Positions 8,909 through 18,660 of a DNA stretch of 64,000 nt are shown piece after piece. Source of the stretch: Acidobacteriota bacterium (GTDB taxonomy: Bacteria > Acidobacteriota > Thermoanaerobaculia > Gp7-AA8); the NCBI GenBank assembly GCA_021781455.1, contig JAJXWV010000026.1, forward strand, positions 40,304-104,303, in the 5' to 3' direction. The translations under genes were made by a program, and so were the position numbers. Numbering within the stretch: position 1 is the first letter of the stretch; each line of letters opens with the position of its first letter. The notes beneath the pieces were generated by a model. The model saw nothing but the letters and a program-made list of their open reading frames with translations. It was not told the origin of the DNA and ran no database searches.

Positions 8909-9478
8909 TCATCGCGACACAGGCGGAGTCGCCGGCGGTGCCGCATTCGGCGCGGCGGGCGCCGCGCCCGGACGCTGCGGCGCTGGACCGGCCGGCATCA
9001 CCTCGGGAACGGTGTGGCCGCGATGGCAGGTGAAGCAGGTGACCGCTTCTCCGGCCGCTTCTCCGTGCGCGTTGACCTTGCTGATGTACTCCGTGTTGAT
9101 GGCGCGAGTCATCAGAAGCATCGTGCGGGCAGTCCGCTTCTCCGGCTTGGCGTCATTCGGAAAATCGAACTCCGGCCGCGGCTCGGTGGCCGTCTGCACA
9201 TGGCAGTGCTCGCAGCGCGTGCCGAGGGAGCGGGAAATGCCGCGCATCGTGGCGATGAGCTCGTCGTGCGTGATGTTCGGCGAGAGAACGCGCAGGTTGT
9301 GGAACTCGAGGTTGTCCGGCTGGGCGGGCATCGCCTTCTGCTGGCTGACCGCGGCACATCCGGCGATGATCAGGAAAACGGACACGATCGCACTGCGTCG
9401 AATCAACACGAGCCTCCTCAGGTCGAGATGGGGCAACATCGTAGCCGTACGAGTGAGAAGACGTGCGAGGGGTGACAC
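8909..9478 (-). CDS. c-type cytochrome lipoprotein, similar to photosynthetic reaction-centre cytochrome c subunit family
   Basis: Two CxxCH motifs, CEHCH and CFTCH. Context FHNLRVL...M..ISRSLGTRCEHCH. Lipobox IIAGC. The track start is GTG at 9478; an alternative ATG lies at 9439. Confidence 0.7.
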   Translation of the reverse strand: MSPLARLLTRTATMLPHLDLRRLVLIRRSAIVSVFLIIAGCAAVSQQKAMPAQPDNLEFHNLRVLSPNITHDELIATMRGISRSLGTRCEHCHVQTATEPRPEFDFPNDAKPEKRTARTMLLMTRAINTEYISKVNAHGEAAGEAVTCFTCHRGHTVPEVMPAGPAPQRPGAAPAAPNAAPPATPPVSR

Positions 9479-9493
9479 GGCGTCACCGATCCG

Positions 9494-11515
9494 TCACCAC
9501 CCGATTCCGTAGTCCTCGCCGTGGTTGCTCGAGCCTCCCCACATCGTGCCGTGGGCCTGATCGAACAGGATCGCGTTGATCGGTCCCGAGGTTCGGGCCT
9601 CGAAGATCTGACTGAAGCCCATCCGCCGCAGCTCACTGCGGACGTACGGCGGGGTGTCGTCGTTCAGGAGGATGCGTCCCGGCGCGATGTCGTGATTTCC
9701 GAACGAGCTTCGCATCTGGAAGCTGTTGAAGTTCGGCGCCTCGGTCGCTTCCTGCACCGTGAAACCGAATTCGACGATGTCGAGAAAGAACTGCAGCAGG
9801 TTCTGATCCTGGCTGTCGCCGCCCTGCACCGAAAAACAGAGGAACGGCTTGCCGCCCTTGAAGGCCAGCGTCGGCGTCAGTGTCACTCGCGGACGCTTCC
9901 CTGGCTCCACCACGTTGAACGGACCCTCGGCCGGATCGGTGACGAAACTCTGCATCCTCTCGCTCAGTCCGACGCCGCTGTGCCCGGCGATGACCGCCGG
10001 GACCCAGCCGCCGCTCGGAGTCACGGAGATCACCCAGCCGTCTGCGTCGGCAGCTTCGACCGAGGTCGTGCCGGCGTAAAAAGTCTCGAGGTAGCTGTCG
10101 CTCTGGTTTCCCGTGGCCCGAGTCTCCGCGGCGGTCGCCCGCGGCGCGAACTCCGCGGTCTGTGCCGCAGCGGGTCGAATCCACGATCCGGATGACGAAG
10201 CGGGACGCGTGATGTTCGCGGTCGACCACCAGCTCTTGAGCAGGTCTTTGTACGGGTTGGTCTCGCCCTGGAACGGATACGGATCGCCGGGACCGAGGCG
10301 CGGCTCGTTGTGATCCGGGTTGATCAGCTTGGCCCGCTCGCGGGCGTACTCCTTCGACATCAACCCGCGAATCGGCTCGACCGGCGGGAAATAGATGTCG
10401 CCGTAGTAGAAATCGCGGTCGGCAAAGGCGAGGCTCATGGCCTGGTAGACGGTGTTGATGTAGCGCGACGTGTTGAAGCCCATCGACTTCAGGTCGAAGT
10501 TCTCGAGGATGTTCAGCGACGCCAGCATGGCCGGTCCCTGAGTCCACTCGCGGAGCTTGTAGACCTCGATGCCGCGGTAGTTGGTCGAGAGCGGCTCCTC
10601 GATGCGCACCTGCCATTTCGCGAGATCGTCAGCGGTGAAGAGCCCGCCCTGTTCCTGAACGCTGCGGACGATCTCCTTCGCGATGTCGCCCTTGTAGAAT
10701 CGGTCGTAGGCAGCGTAAATCGCCTCTTTGCGGCTCTTCCCGTGCTTCAGAGCGTCCTGCTCGGTCTCGACGAGCTTTCGCAGCGTCGCCGCGAGATCGG
10801 GCTGCCGGAACATCTCACCGGGATACGGGCCTTCGTGGTGTCCGCCGACCGGAGCGGCCACGGCGCGATCCTGCGCGGGCGTCGGTCCCCCCGATGTGGT
10901 CGCCGGCGCGGCGGCCGCATTGGCGCCATTCGACTCGTGCACGAGGAACGTCTTCCGCGAGTAGGGCCACTGCTTGATGCGCGCCTTCTGCGATTCGATG
11001 GTGTTCACGAGCTGCGCTTCGATCGGATAGCCGTCCGCCATCTGGATGGCCGGCGCGAGCACGTCCTTCAGCGACAGCTTTCCGTACTCCGCCTCCATGA
11101 CCATCAGGCCGCCGGGCGTGCCGGGCGTGACCGCGGCCAGAGGACCGTACTCCGGCGGATACTTCATGCCCTTGCTGTGGAAGAACTCCGGGGTCGCACC
11201 TGTCGGGGCGACGCCGAGAGCATCGATGCCGATGACCTTCTTGGTCTGCGGGTTGTAGATGAGGGCCTGGGTCTCGCCGCCCCAGCTCAGCGTGTCCCAC
11301 ATCGTGCAGGTGGCGGCCAGCATGGCCATGGCCGCGTCGATGGCATTTCCGCCGCGGTCGAAGATCATGGCGCCCGCGGTGGCGGCGAGGGGCTTGCCCG
11401 TGATGGCCATCCAGTGAGCGCCGTGAAGAGGCGGCTTCTCGGTGCGCATCTGGGCGGTGGCGGTCGAGGCGAGCACGAGAATCGAGAGCACGAGGAAGAT
11501 CCGTTTCGCGGTCAT
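9494..11515 (-). CDS. ggt: Gamma-glutamyltransferase
   Basis: The ORF is trimmed to MTAKRIFLVLSILVLASTATA (signal peptide) at 11515. GGT-like N-terminus AITGKPLAATAGAMIFDRGGNAIDAAMAM and autoprocessing region YAGTTSVEAADADGW. The longer track ORF (to 12400) overlaps the divergent gene. Confidence 0.85.
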   Translation of the reverse strand: MTAKRIFLVLSILVLASTATAQMRTEKPPLHGAHWMAITGKPLAATAGAMIFDRGGNAIDAAMAMLAATCTMWDTLSWGGETQALIYNPQTKKVIGIDALGVAPTGATPEFFHSKGMKYPPEYGPLAAVTPGTPGGLMVMEAEYGKLSLKDVLAPAIQMADGYPIEAQLVNTIESQKARIKQWPYSRKTFLVHESNGANAAAAPATTSGGPTPAQDRAVAAPVGGHHEGPYPGEMFRQPDLAATLRKLVETEQDALKHGKSRKEAIYAAYDRFYKGDIAKEIVRSVQEQGGLFTADDLAKWQVRIEEPLSTNYRGIEVYKLREWTQGPAMLASLNILENFDLKSMGFNTSRYINTVYQAMSLAFADRDFYYGDIYFPPVEPIRGLMSKEYARERAKLINPDHNEPRLGPGDPYPFQGETNPYKDLLKSWWSTANITRPASSSGSWIRPAAAQTAEFAPRATAAETRATGNQSDSYLETFYAGTTSVEAADADGWVISVTPSGGWVPAVIAGHSGVGLSERMQSFVTDPAEGPFNVVEPGKRPRVTLTPTLAFKGGKPFLCFSVQGGDSQDQNLLQFFLDIVEFGFTVQEATEAPNFNSFQMRSSFGNHDIAPGRILLNDDTPPYVRSELRRMGFSQIFEARTSGPINAILFDQAHGTMWGGSSNHGEDYGIGW

Positions 11516-11550
11516 GAGGCCCTCCGGGGCGGGGAGTCTATCGAATCCCG

Positions 11551-11688
11551 GAGCGCAGAGGGCAGAGCGCGGAGCGCGGAGCGCAGGTTGCATGGATGTG
11601 TGGCCGCGAGCACAATTCCATTCGTTCCAACAGGAATCGCATGACCGGCGCGCACTCACCCGCGCTCTGCCCTCTCCGCTCTGCGCTC
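11551..11688. repeat. Tandem-word-arm hairpin HAH2 (words GCAGAGG/GCGGAGC; 74-nt loop)
   Basis: Left arm GAGCGCAGAGGGCAGAGCGCGGAGCGCGGAGCGCAG at 11551-11586. Right arm CGCGCTCTGCCCTCTCCGCTCTGCGCTC at 11661-11688. Lies in the divergent region between ggt and the MBL-fold gene. Confidence 0.7.
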
Positions 11689-11707
11689 TTCGAAAAAGGA
11701 GCCCGCG

Positions 11708-12463
11708 ATGATCACCAACCCGCAGTCCGGCACCACCATCGACGAGATCGCGGACGGGATCTACCGCATCAGCACGCCTGTTCCTCCAACGGTCATGCCG
11801 GGCGGCTTCTCGTTCAATCAGTACCTGATCGCCGACGCCGCTCCGACGATCTTCCACGCCGGACCGCGGCGCATGTTCCCGCTGGTGCGCGAAGCGATCA
11901 ATACGGTTCTGCCGGCGGAGAGGCTGCGCTACATCTCTTTCTCGCACGTCGAGGCCGACGAATGCGGGGGCCTCAACGATTTCCTGGCCATCGCGCCGGA
12001 GGCGGTCCCGCTGTGCAGCCGCGTGGCGGCGCAGGTCTCCATCAACGACATGGCCTCGCGGCCGGCGCGCGCCATGGCCGATGGCGAGGCGCTCTCCATC
12101 GGCAGCCGGGAGCTCGAATGGATCGACGCTCCTCACCTGCCCCACAACTGGGAAACCGGATACCTCTTCGATCGGCACACGCGCACGTTTTTCTGCGGCG
12201 ATCTCTTCACGCAGGGCGGCCATCAGACTCCGGCACTCACCGCCGGGGACATCCTCGGTTCGAGCGAGGCCTTCCGCGCCGGATCCTCGGCGGTCATGGG
12301 CGACTACGTCAGCGGCAGCCGCAACTCGCGGAAGATCTTCGATCGGATGATCGCGCTCGCTCCGCTGACGCTGGCCTGCATGCACGGCAGCGCTTGGCAC
12401 GACGGCACGCCGACCGGCGCGGGAGCGCTGCTCATCGCGCTGGCCGACAAGATCAGCGCATGA
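11708..12463 (+). CDS. MBL-fold metallo-hydrolase superfamily protein
   Basis: 251 aa. The motif FSHVEADECGG resembles the H-x-E-x-D-H variant of the metallo-beta-lactamase fold. Confidence 0.55.
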   Translation: MITNPQSGTTIDEIADGIYRISTPVPPTVMPGGFSFNQYLIADAAPTIFHAGPRRMFPLVREAINTVLPAERLRYISFSHVEADECGGLNDFLAIAPEAVPLCSRVAAQVSINDMASRPARAMADGEALSIGSRELEWIDAPHLPHNWETGYLFDRHTRTFFCGDLFTQGGHQTPALTAGDILGSSEAFRAGSSAVMGDYVSGSRNSRKIFDRMIALAPLTLACMHGSAWHDGTPTGAGALLIALADKISA

Positions 12464-12469
12464 GCCGAT

Positions 12470-12578
12470 GGAGCGCCGGCTGCCAGCCGGCCGGTGCGGC
12501 GGCGGCCCGCGCCGCCGCTACTCGAATCACCGCGCGTGCTGGCAGCCCGCGCACCGGCCGGCAGGCTGCCGGCGCTCC
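12470..12578. terminator. Long GC-rich inverted repeat between convergent genes (possible bidirectional terminator)
   Basis: GGAGCGCCGGCTGCCAGCCGGCCGGTGCG at 12470-12498 pairs with CGCACCGGCCGGCAGGCTGCCGGCGCTCC at 12550-12578, 27 of 29 positions complementary. There is no U-tract. Confidence 0.4.
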
Positions 12579-12583
12579 CCTCG

Positions 12584-12850
12584 TCATCGCGACGTCGTCG
12601 TCTGCGCGACCTGGAGCTTGTTGAAGTAGTTGTCCATGTCGCGCATGCGGTCGCTCATCTGCTGCACCGCCTGCTGCTGCTGGACGATCTCTTTCCTCGC
12701 TGCCAGCAGATCGTCTTCGACCGCTTTGACGCGCTGATTGAGCACATCGATCTTGACCTGCATCTCGTCGATGCGCGCGTTCGTCCTGGTGTCCCCGCCA
12801 CATCCCACGAGCAGCACCGCGCAAAGGCTGACCGATAAGAGAGTCTTCAT
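12584..12850 (-). CDS. Small coiled-coil lipoprotein (Lpp-like)
   Basis: 88 aa with signal peptide and lipobox LLVGC, then a heptad-rich helical sequence. Confidence 0.6.
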   Translation of the reverse strand: MKTLLSVSLCAVLLVGCGGDTRTNARIDEMQVKIDVLNQRVKAVEDDLLAARKEIVQQQQAVQQMSDRMRDMDNYFNKLQVAQTTTSR

Positions 12851-12914
12851 CGGCGATCTCCTCAGCGGAAAAGCGTAACGCCATGCGCGCTCAACCGGAT
12901 GTGATCGGTGGGCG

Positions 12915-12998
12915 AATTGCAGGGACGCGAGAAGCGTGTCCGCAATTTGGGCGGGGCCTAAGAACCGAAGCTGCGGACGCGCTGCTGCGCGTCCCTAC
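12915..12998. repeat. REP-like unit pair (first unit degenerate)
   Basis: AATTGCAGGGACGCGAGAAGCGTGTCCGCAATT at 12915-12947 and GCTGCGGACGCGCTGCTGCGCGTCCCTAC at 12970-12998. Confidence 0.6.
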
Positions 12999-13019
12999 CG
13001 ATCGCCGGACGCTCGCGAC

Positions 13020-14333
<1,314 letters not shown>

Positions 14334-14345
14334 GGTTTCTGTGCC

Positions 14346-14452
14346 GGTTCCTCGGGTTCCTCGGGTTCCTCGGGTTCCTCGGGGTTCCTCGGGCTTCCTG
14401 GCACCGAGGAACCGAGGAACTCCGAGGAACTCCGAGGAACTCCGAGGAACTC
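14346..14452. repeat. Tandem-word-arm hairpin HAH3 (GGTTCCTCG x5 / CCGAGGAACT x5)
   Basis: The left arm has a 9-nt period and the right arm a 10-nt period of the reverse complement, with essentially no loop. Fills the nuoF-nuoE gap. Confidence 0.85.
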
Positions 14453-14982
14453 TATTTCAGCTTTTCGAGCAGCGACTCCATCTTCTGAACGTCCATCTCT
14501 TCGTGGTAGTCGTTGTTGACCTGCACGACCGGGGCCGTGCCGCAGGAGCCGAGGCACTCGACCTCGGTCACTGTGAACAGGCCGTCCGGCGTGGTCTGGC
14601 CCGGCTCGATCTTCAGCTTGTCGCAGAGATCGTCGTAGATGTCGTACGCGTTGCGGATCATGCAGCTCAGATTGGTGCAGACCTGCAGGTGGTATTTCCC
14701 GACCGGCTTCTGGTTGTACATGTTGTAGAACGACACGACACCGAAGACGTTGGCGGGCGACAGGTCGAGCAGCGACGACACGTAGTGCACCGCCTCGGGC
14801 GAGATCCAGCCCCACGTCTCCTGGACGAGATGGAGAGTCGGCAGCAGCGCCGCTTCCTTGCTCGGATACCTCGTCAGGATGTAGTCGAATTTCTTCTTCG
14901 CCTCGGGCGGAAACTCGACGCTCTTTGCGGGATCGGCGAAGCGGTCCTTCGCGTAGGGATTGTCGGGGTGAAGTTCAGCCAT
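14452..14982 (-). CDS. nuoE: NADH-quinone oxidoreductase subunit E
   Basis: 176 aa. 2Fe-2S cysteines in HLQVCTNLSC...ECLGSCGTAP. Confidence 0.95.
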   Translation of the reverse strand: MAELHPDNPYAKDRFADPAKSVEFPPEAKKKFDYILTRYPSKEAALLPTLHLVQETWGWISPEAVHYVSSLLDLSPANVFGVVSFYNMYNQKPVGKYHLQVCTNLSCMIRNAYDIYDDLCDKLKIEPGQTTPDGLFTVTEVECLGSCGTAPVVQVNNDYHEEMDVQKMESLLEKLK

Positions 14983-14988
14983 TAATAA

Positions 14989-15060
14989 GTCCTGAGTCCT
15001 GAGTCCTGAGTCCTGAGTCTGAGTTAGGTCACTCAGGACTCAGGACTCAGCACTCAGGAC
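14989..15060. repeat. Tandem-word-arm hairpin HAH4 (GTCCTGA x4-5 / TCAGGAC)
   Basis: Left arm 14989-15024, loop TAGGTC, right arm 15031-15060. Fills the nuoE-nuoA gap and abuts the nuoA stop. Confidence 0.9.
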
Positions 15061-15443
15061 TATTTCCAGTCGAAAGCCTTCTTCTTCCACACGTACACGT
15101 ATCCGACGCCGAGCAGTGCGATGAAGAGCAGCATCTCGGTGAAGAGGAAGAGGCCGCTCGGACCGTGCGAAGCGCCGCGATAGATGACGGCCCAGGGGTA
15201 GAGGAACGCTGCTTCGATGTCGAACAGGATGAAGAGCATGGCGATCTGGTAGAAGCGGACGTTCATGCGCTTGCGGTTCTGGTCGAGCAGAGGCACTCCG
15301 CTCTCATAGGGCGCGAGCTTCGAGGGATTGCGCTGGTGGCGGCCGATCACCGAGTTCAGGCCGAGGATCGTCCCGGCCACGACGACGGCGAAGAGCAGCA
15401 TCAGGAGGATCGGAACAAACGTGTGGGTCATAGACGGCGGCAC
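15060..15443 (-). CDS. nuoA: NADH-quinone oxidoreductase subunit A
   Basis: 127 aa with three TM helices. Carries the NuoA/ND3 signature YESGVP...RFYQIAMLFILFDIEAAFLYPWA. Confidence 0.9.
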   Translation of the reverse strand: MPPSMTHTFVPILLMLLFAVVVAGTILGLNSVIGRHQRNPSKLAPYESGVPLLDQNRKRMNVRFYQIAMLFILFDIEAAFLYPWAVIYRGASHGPSGLFLFTEMLLFIALLGVGYVYVWKKKAFDWK

Positions 15444-15493
15444 ATGCTAATGGCAAACCAGGCGGGTGACAACTGCGGGTAACACGAGCGCGT

Positions 15494-15513
15494 GCCGCCG
15501 GCTCAGGATGACA
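15494..15513 (-). repeat. Post-stop motif copy (GTCATCCTGAGCCGGCGGC on the coding strand)
   Basis: The plus strand reads GCCGCCGGCTCAGGATGACA. Lies 8 nt downstream of the STAS gene stop, in sense orientation. Confidence 0.5.
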
Positions 15514-15520
15514 CGCGTTC

Positions 15521-15883
15521 TCAGGCGGCGCCGTCGGTCAGATAGGCCATTGCCGCTTCGCGTGAATCGAAAATCTTGAAGACGGTGTCGAGTTTGGTGA
15601 TCTTGAGGAGAGCCAGAATCCGGTGCGAAGGCTTGACCAGCGCCATCTTCCGCTGGCGGTCCTCGAATTTCTGGAGATATCCGATCAGCTCGCCGAGGCC
15701 GGTCGAGTCCATGTAGTTGATGGCCTCGAAGTTGATCATGACCGGACCGGTCTCTTCGTTGAGCACTTGCTCGAGATAGCTCGAAAACTCACGGGCGCTC
15801 TCACCGAGCTTGATGACGCCCTGAATGTCGAGGACCGTGACGGCATCCACGCGGTTCTTGATGATGTTCATAAACTTTTGCAA
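15521..15883 (-). CDS. STAS-domain anti-sigma-factor antagonist
   Basis: 120 aa with a SpoIIAA-like layout and the phosphorylatable-serine context MDSTGLGELIG. Confidence 0.8.
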   Translation of the reverse strand: MQKFMNIIKNRVDAVTVLDIQGVIKLGESAREFSSYLEQVLNEETGPVMINFEAINYMDSTGLGELIGYLQKFEDRQRKMALVKPSHRILALLKITKLDTVFKIFDSREAAMAYLTDGAA

Positions 15884-15909
15884 GTGTAGTCAAAGCGTTA
15901 CCGGCACGT

Positions 15910-16260
15910 CTACTCGCGTCTCTCCCGGCTGCCGATGCGATTCGTGACCATCGACACGAGGGCCAGCACGATGGCACCGACGATCGCCCATCCGAAGCCG
16001 TCGATCGTGAATCCGGGCGCGAACGAGGCGGTGATCTCGAGCATCAGCGCATTCAGCACGATCAGGAAAAGGCCGAGGGTGACGATCGTCAGAGGCAGAG
16101 TCAGCAGGAAGAGGATCGGCTTCACGACGGCGTTGAGGAGTCCCAGGATCGCCGCGGCGATGGCCAGGTTGACGATGGACCCGTAGTGGAAGTGCGGCAC
16201 GAGCGTGACCACGATGAAGAGCGCCAGGGTGTTGAGGATCCAGCGAAAGATCAGGTGCAT
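15910..16260 (-). CDS. Small four-TM membrane protein (Phage_holin_4_2-like family)
   Basis: 116 aa. LNAVVKPILFLLTLPLTIVTLGLFLIVLNALML is typical of this family, recalled from memory. There is no phage context. Confidence 0.6.
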   Translation of the reverse strand: MHLIFRWILNTLALFIVVTLVPHFHYGSIVNLAIAAAILGLLNAVVKPILFLLTLPLTIVTLGLFLIVLNALMLEITASFAPGFTIDGFGWAIVGAIVLALVSMVTNRIGSRERRE

Positions 16261-16286
16261 CGGTCAGCTATCTCCCTGGTTGTCTT

Positions 16287-17417
16287 TCACACCCACGATT
16301 CGCGAACATCGATCCGGCGCTTCGCCAGTTCCGTCATGAACAGCTCGGGCGGAACGCAGCGCTCCTGGGGCAACGCACCCTTCTTCTCGATCTGACCGCG
16401 CGCCATCATCAACGCCACGATCGCAGCGGGGAACGCCGTCGTGCGCATCATCGAACTGAGGCCGTTCTTCGCATCGAACGAGTCGATGATGTCGTAACGC
16501 AGCCGTTTCCCTCCGCCGCTGAACTCGACGCGCACCAGAACCACGTCGTGCCCGTCGTGGGGCAGATTGCGCATGAGGAGCTCGGCCATCACGCGCCGCG
16601 GCGCGATCCGCAGTCCGTCGACACTGATCGGCGAGCTGCTGCAGAGGCCGAGGTCGATCATGGTCTTGAACTTCTCGCAATGTCCGGGAAAACGGATGGT
16701 CTTGTAATCGAGGTTGCGAACGCGGCCCTGATAGGTCTGCGGAAGTGTCGACGTTCCGCCTGAGGTCTGGAACGCTTCCATCGTTCCGAACGGCGCCGGG
16801 AAATCGAGTGCTTCGAGCTCGGTCATCGACTCGACTTCGACGATCCGGCCGTCGCGAAGCACGCGGGCCGGCTCGATGTATTCGTTGATCAGGCCCTCGA
16901 CGGAGAAGATGAGCTGATAGCCGAGCGGCGGCTGGGGATTCTGCGGAAGACCGCCCACGCGGATCTTCACGTCATCAACCTTTTCGAAGCGGTTGATTCC
17001 ATGCGCTGCGAGGACCGCCACCATGCCGGGAGCGAGCCCGCAGTCCGGAATGACGCTGACTCCGCGACGGCGCGCATCGGCGTCGAGGGCGAGCTCCTTA
17101 GCCACGACGTCGTTGTTGCCGCCGAGGTCGCAGAAACTGGTTCCCGCCTCGATCGCGCAGCCCGCCAGCTGCTCGTTGAGCTTGTAGACCACGCAGCTGA
17201 GCACGGCGGCGTGGCCGCGCATCAGGTCGACGGCCGCGCTGTGATTGCTGACGTCGAGGGCCACGGCTCGTGCCTTCGCGCCGATTTTCGCGGCCACGTC
17301 CTTCGCCCGTCCGCCGTCGACGTCCGCCACGGTCACTTGCTCGACGTCGCTCTGCTGCGCAAAATCAAACGCGGCGCCGTGGCCCATGCGGCCCGCACCG
17401 AGAACGAGAAGCTTCAC
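16287..17417 (-). CDS. Saccharopine dehydrogenase family oxidoreductase
   Basis: 376 aa. Rossmann N-terminus KLLVLGAGRMGHGAAFDF. GTG start. Confidence 0.75.
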   Translation of the reverse strand: MKLLVLGAGRMGHGAAFDFAQQSDVEQVTVADVDGGRAKDVAAKIGAKARAVALDVSNHSAAVDLMRGHAAVLSCVVYKLNEQLAGCAIEAGTSFCDLGGNNDVVAKELALDADARRRGVSVIPDCGLAPGMVAVLAAHGINRFEKVDDVKIRVGGLPQNPQPPLGYQLIFSVEGLINEYIEPARVLRDGRIVEVESMTELEALDFPAPFGTMEAFQTSGGTSTLPQTYQGRVRNLDYKTIRFPGHCEKFKTMIDLGLCSSSPISVDGLRIAPRRVMAELLMRNLPHDGHDVVLVRVEFSGGGKRLRYDIIDSFDAKNGLSSMMRTTAFPAAIVALMMARGQIEKKGALPQERCVPPELFMTELAKRRIDVRESWV

Positions 17418-17436
17418 TGGCTACCCCCGCTGAAAC

Positions 17437-17577
17437 GAGTGCTGAGTACTGAGTGCTGAGTACTGAGTTCATTCGCTGAGCTGTGAGTTCGAGACTCTTG
17501 TGACGAGCGGCTGAGGGATCGTTAGAATCGGCCGCTCGCATTCTCGACTCAGTACTCAGCACTCAGTACTCAGCACT
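17437..17577. repeat. Tandem-word-arm hairpin HAH5 (alternating CTGAGTA/CTGAGTG; 78-nt loop)
   Basis: Left arm 17437-17468 and right arm 17547-17577 are perfectly complementary over 31 nt. The loop holds an inner stem, CGAGCGGC...GCCGCTCG. Confidence 0.9.
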
Positions 17578-17584
17578 TCACTAG

Positions 17585-18529
17585 CTATTGCGTCGCCGTC
17601 GGTACTGTCGGAATCGCCAACGCGGCGCCGAAGAACTTCGGGTCGTAATCGATCTTCGCGCTCTTCTGCAGCTTCTCCACACTGGCGGTGACTGTCGCCT
17701 GCTGGACCTGGCGCTGCAGAGCCGGTTTCACTTCTTCGAACGACTGGGCAGTCTTCTGTCCGACCTTGAAGATGTGAACACCGAACCGGCTCTGGATCGG
17801 CTGGGACACCTCGCCCGGTTTCAAGCTGATGATGGCCGGCTGGAGGTCGGGAGGAAGCTGCGAAGCATTGACGTTGCCGAGCTGTCCGCCCTGGGCTCCC
17901 GAGGCGGCGTCGTCGGAGACGGAGGCGGCGATCGCGCCGAAATTCGCGCCGGCGCGGAGCTGGGCCTCGATTCGGGATGCTTTCGCCATGGCCTGTTCGG
18001 GCGGCAGCGGCCTGCCGTCCTTCGCCGGAATCTGCCCGCCCTGGTACGCCACGACGATCTGGCTGAGATCGAAGGAGGCGAATTCGTCGCGATGCTTGTC
18101 GTACTCGGCGCGCAGCTGCGCATCGGTCGGCGTCCCGGCGAGTTTCTCGGCGGCCCACTGTGCCACCACGTTGGCGTCGCTGAGGTTGAGGCGGGCCAGC
18201 ACCTCGCCGTCCGTTTGCGCACCGAGCTTCTGCGCTTCCTGCTGCAGGACCAGCAGGCGTGCCAGCTGCTCGGCGACCTGTTTGCGTCCGCCAGGCGTCG
18301 CCGCATACGGCTGCATCTGCTCGGGAAGCGTGGAAACGTACAGCGCGAATTCGCGCTCGGTGACCGGCTGTCCGTTGACGCGCAGCATCACGTTACCGGG
18401 AATGACGCGCAGCCCGGCAACGGAGTTGCGCGTCTTGATCGTTGCGAAACCGAAGTGGATCGCAGCAGCGGCTGCCACTATGCAGACTGCCAGGGTGCCC
18501 GCGATCGCGATGAGGATGTGTTTTTTCAT
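17585..18529 (-). CDS. Parvulin-type peptidyl-prolyl isomerase (SurA/PpiD-like), paralog 1
   Basis: Trimmed to MKKHILIAIAGTLAVCIV (N-terminal TM anchor). PpiC domain SDDAASGAQGGQLGNV...SRFGVHIFKV. Confidence 0.8.
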   Translation of the reverse strand: MKKHILIAIAGTLAVCIVAAAAAIHFGFATIKTRNSVAGLRVIPGNVMLRVNGQPVTEREFALYVSTLPEQMQPYAATPGGRKQVAEQLARLLVLQQEAQKLGAQTDGEVLARLNLSDANVVAQWAAEKLAGTPTDAQLRAEYDKHRDEFASFDLSQIVVAYQGGQIPAKDGRPLPPEQAMAKASRIEAQLRAGANFGAIAASVSDDAASGAQGGQLGNVNASQLPPDLQPAIISLKPGEVSQPIQSRFGVHIFKVGQKTAQSFEEVKPALQRQVQQATVTASVEKLQKSAKIDYDPKFFGAALAIPTVPTATQ

Positions 18530-18614
18530 GGCGGCGTACGGTACCACTGTCGCCGCACGCGGCGGGTAACGGATCACGCGCAGAACTGTGATTCGAAGTG
18601 GCGGCCCGGCGAGC

Positions 18615-18643
18615 GTAAGGGACGCGCTGCTGCGCGTCCCTAC
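18615..18643. repeat. REP-like palindromic unit (single)
   Basis: GTAAGGGACGCGCTGCTGCGCGTCCCTAC, a self-complementary 29-mer between the two PPIase paralogs. Confidence 0.75.
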
Positions 18644-18660
18644 TCGGCCTTCCTTATCCG

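Noticed and set aside
9471-9487. GGTGACACGGCGTCACC mini-hairpin between ggt and the cytochrome gene, considered as another member of the tandem-word hairpin family.
   Set aside because: It has only one word per arm (a 6-bp stem), so it does not show the defining tandem-array architecture. It may be a remnant related to HAH1 but is not counted.
11516-12400. N-terminal 295-aa extension of the GGT ORF; the track gives 9494-12400.
   Set aside because: The extension has no signal peptide, is compositionally aberrant, runs through hairpin HAH2 and overlaps the divergent MBL-fold gene. A proper start with a signal peptide exists at 11515.
14346-15060. Possibility that the tandem short repeats are CRISPR arrays.
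   Set aside because: The repeat period is 7-10 nt with no unique spacers. The arrays come as complementary pairs forming hairpins, and no cas genes are present.
15910-16260. A phage-holin-family protein as a hint of a prophage or lysis cassette.
   Set aside because: There is no endolysin, spanin, integrase or structural gene nearby. The gene sits in a housekeeping operon between the saccharopine dehydrogenase and STAS/nuoA genes. Members of this family are common chromosomal membrane proteins.
17498-17528. Promoter-like TTGTGA-N19-TAGAAT on the plus strand inside the loop of HAH5, resembling the nuoB promoter.
   Set aside because: The 19-nt spacer is too long. There is no plus-strand gene downstream, so it would only drive antisense transcription of the PPIase genes. 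The second Rex half-site is absent.
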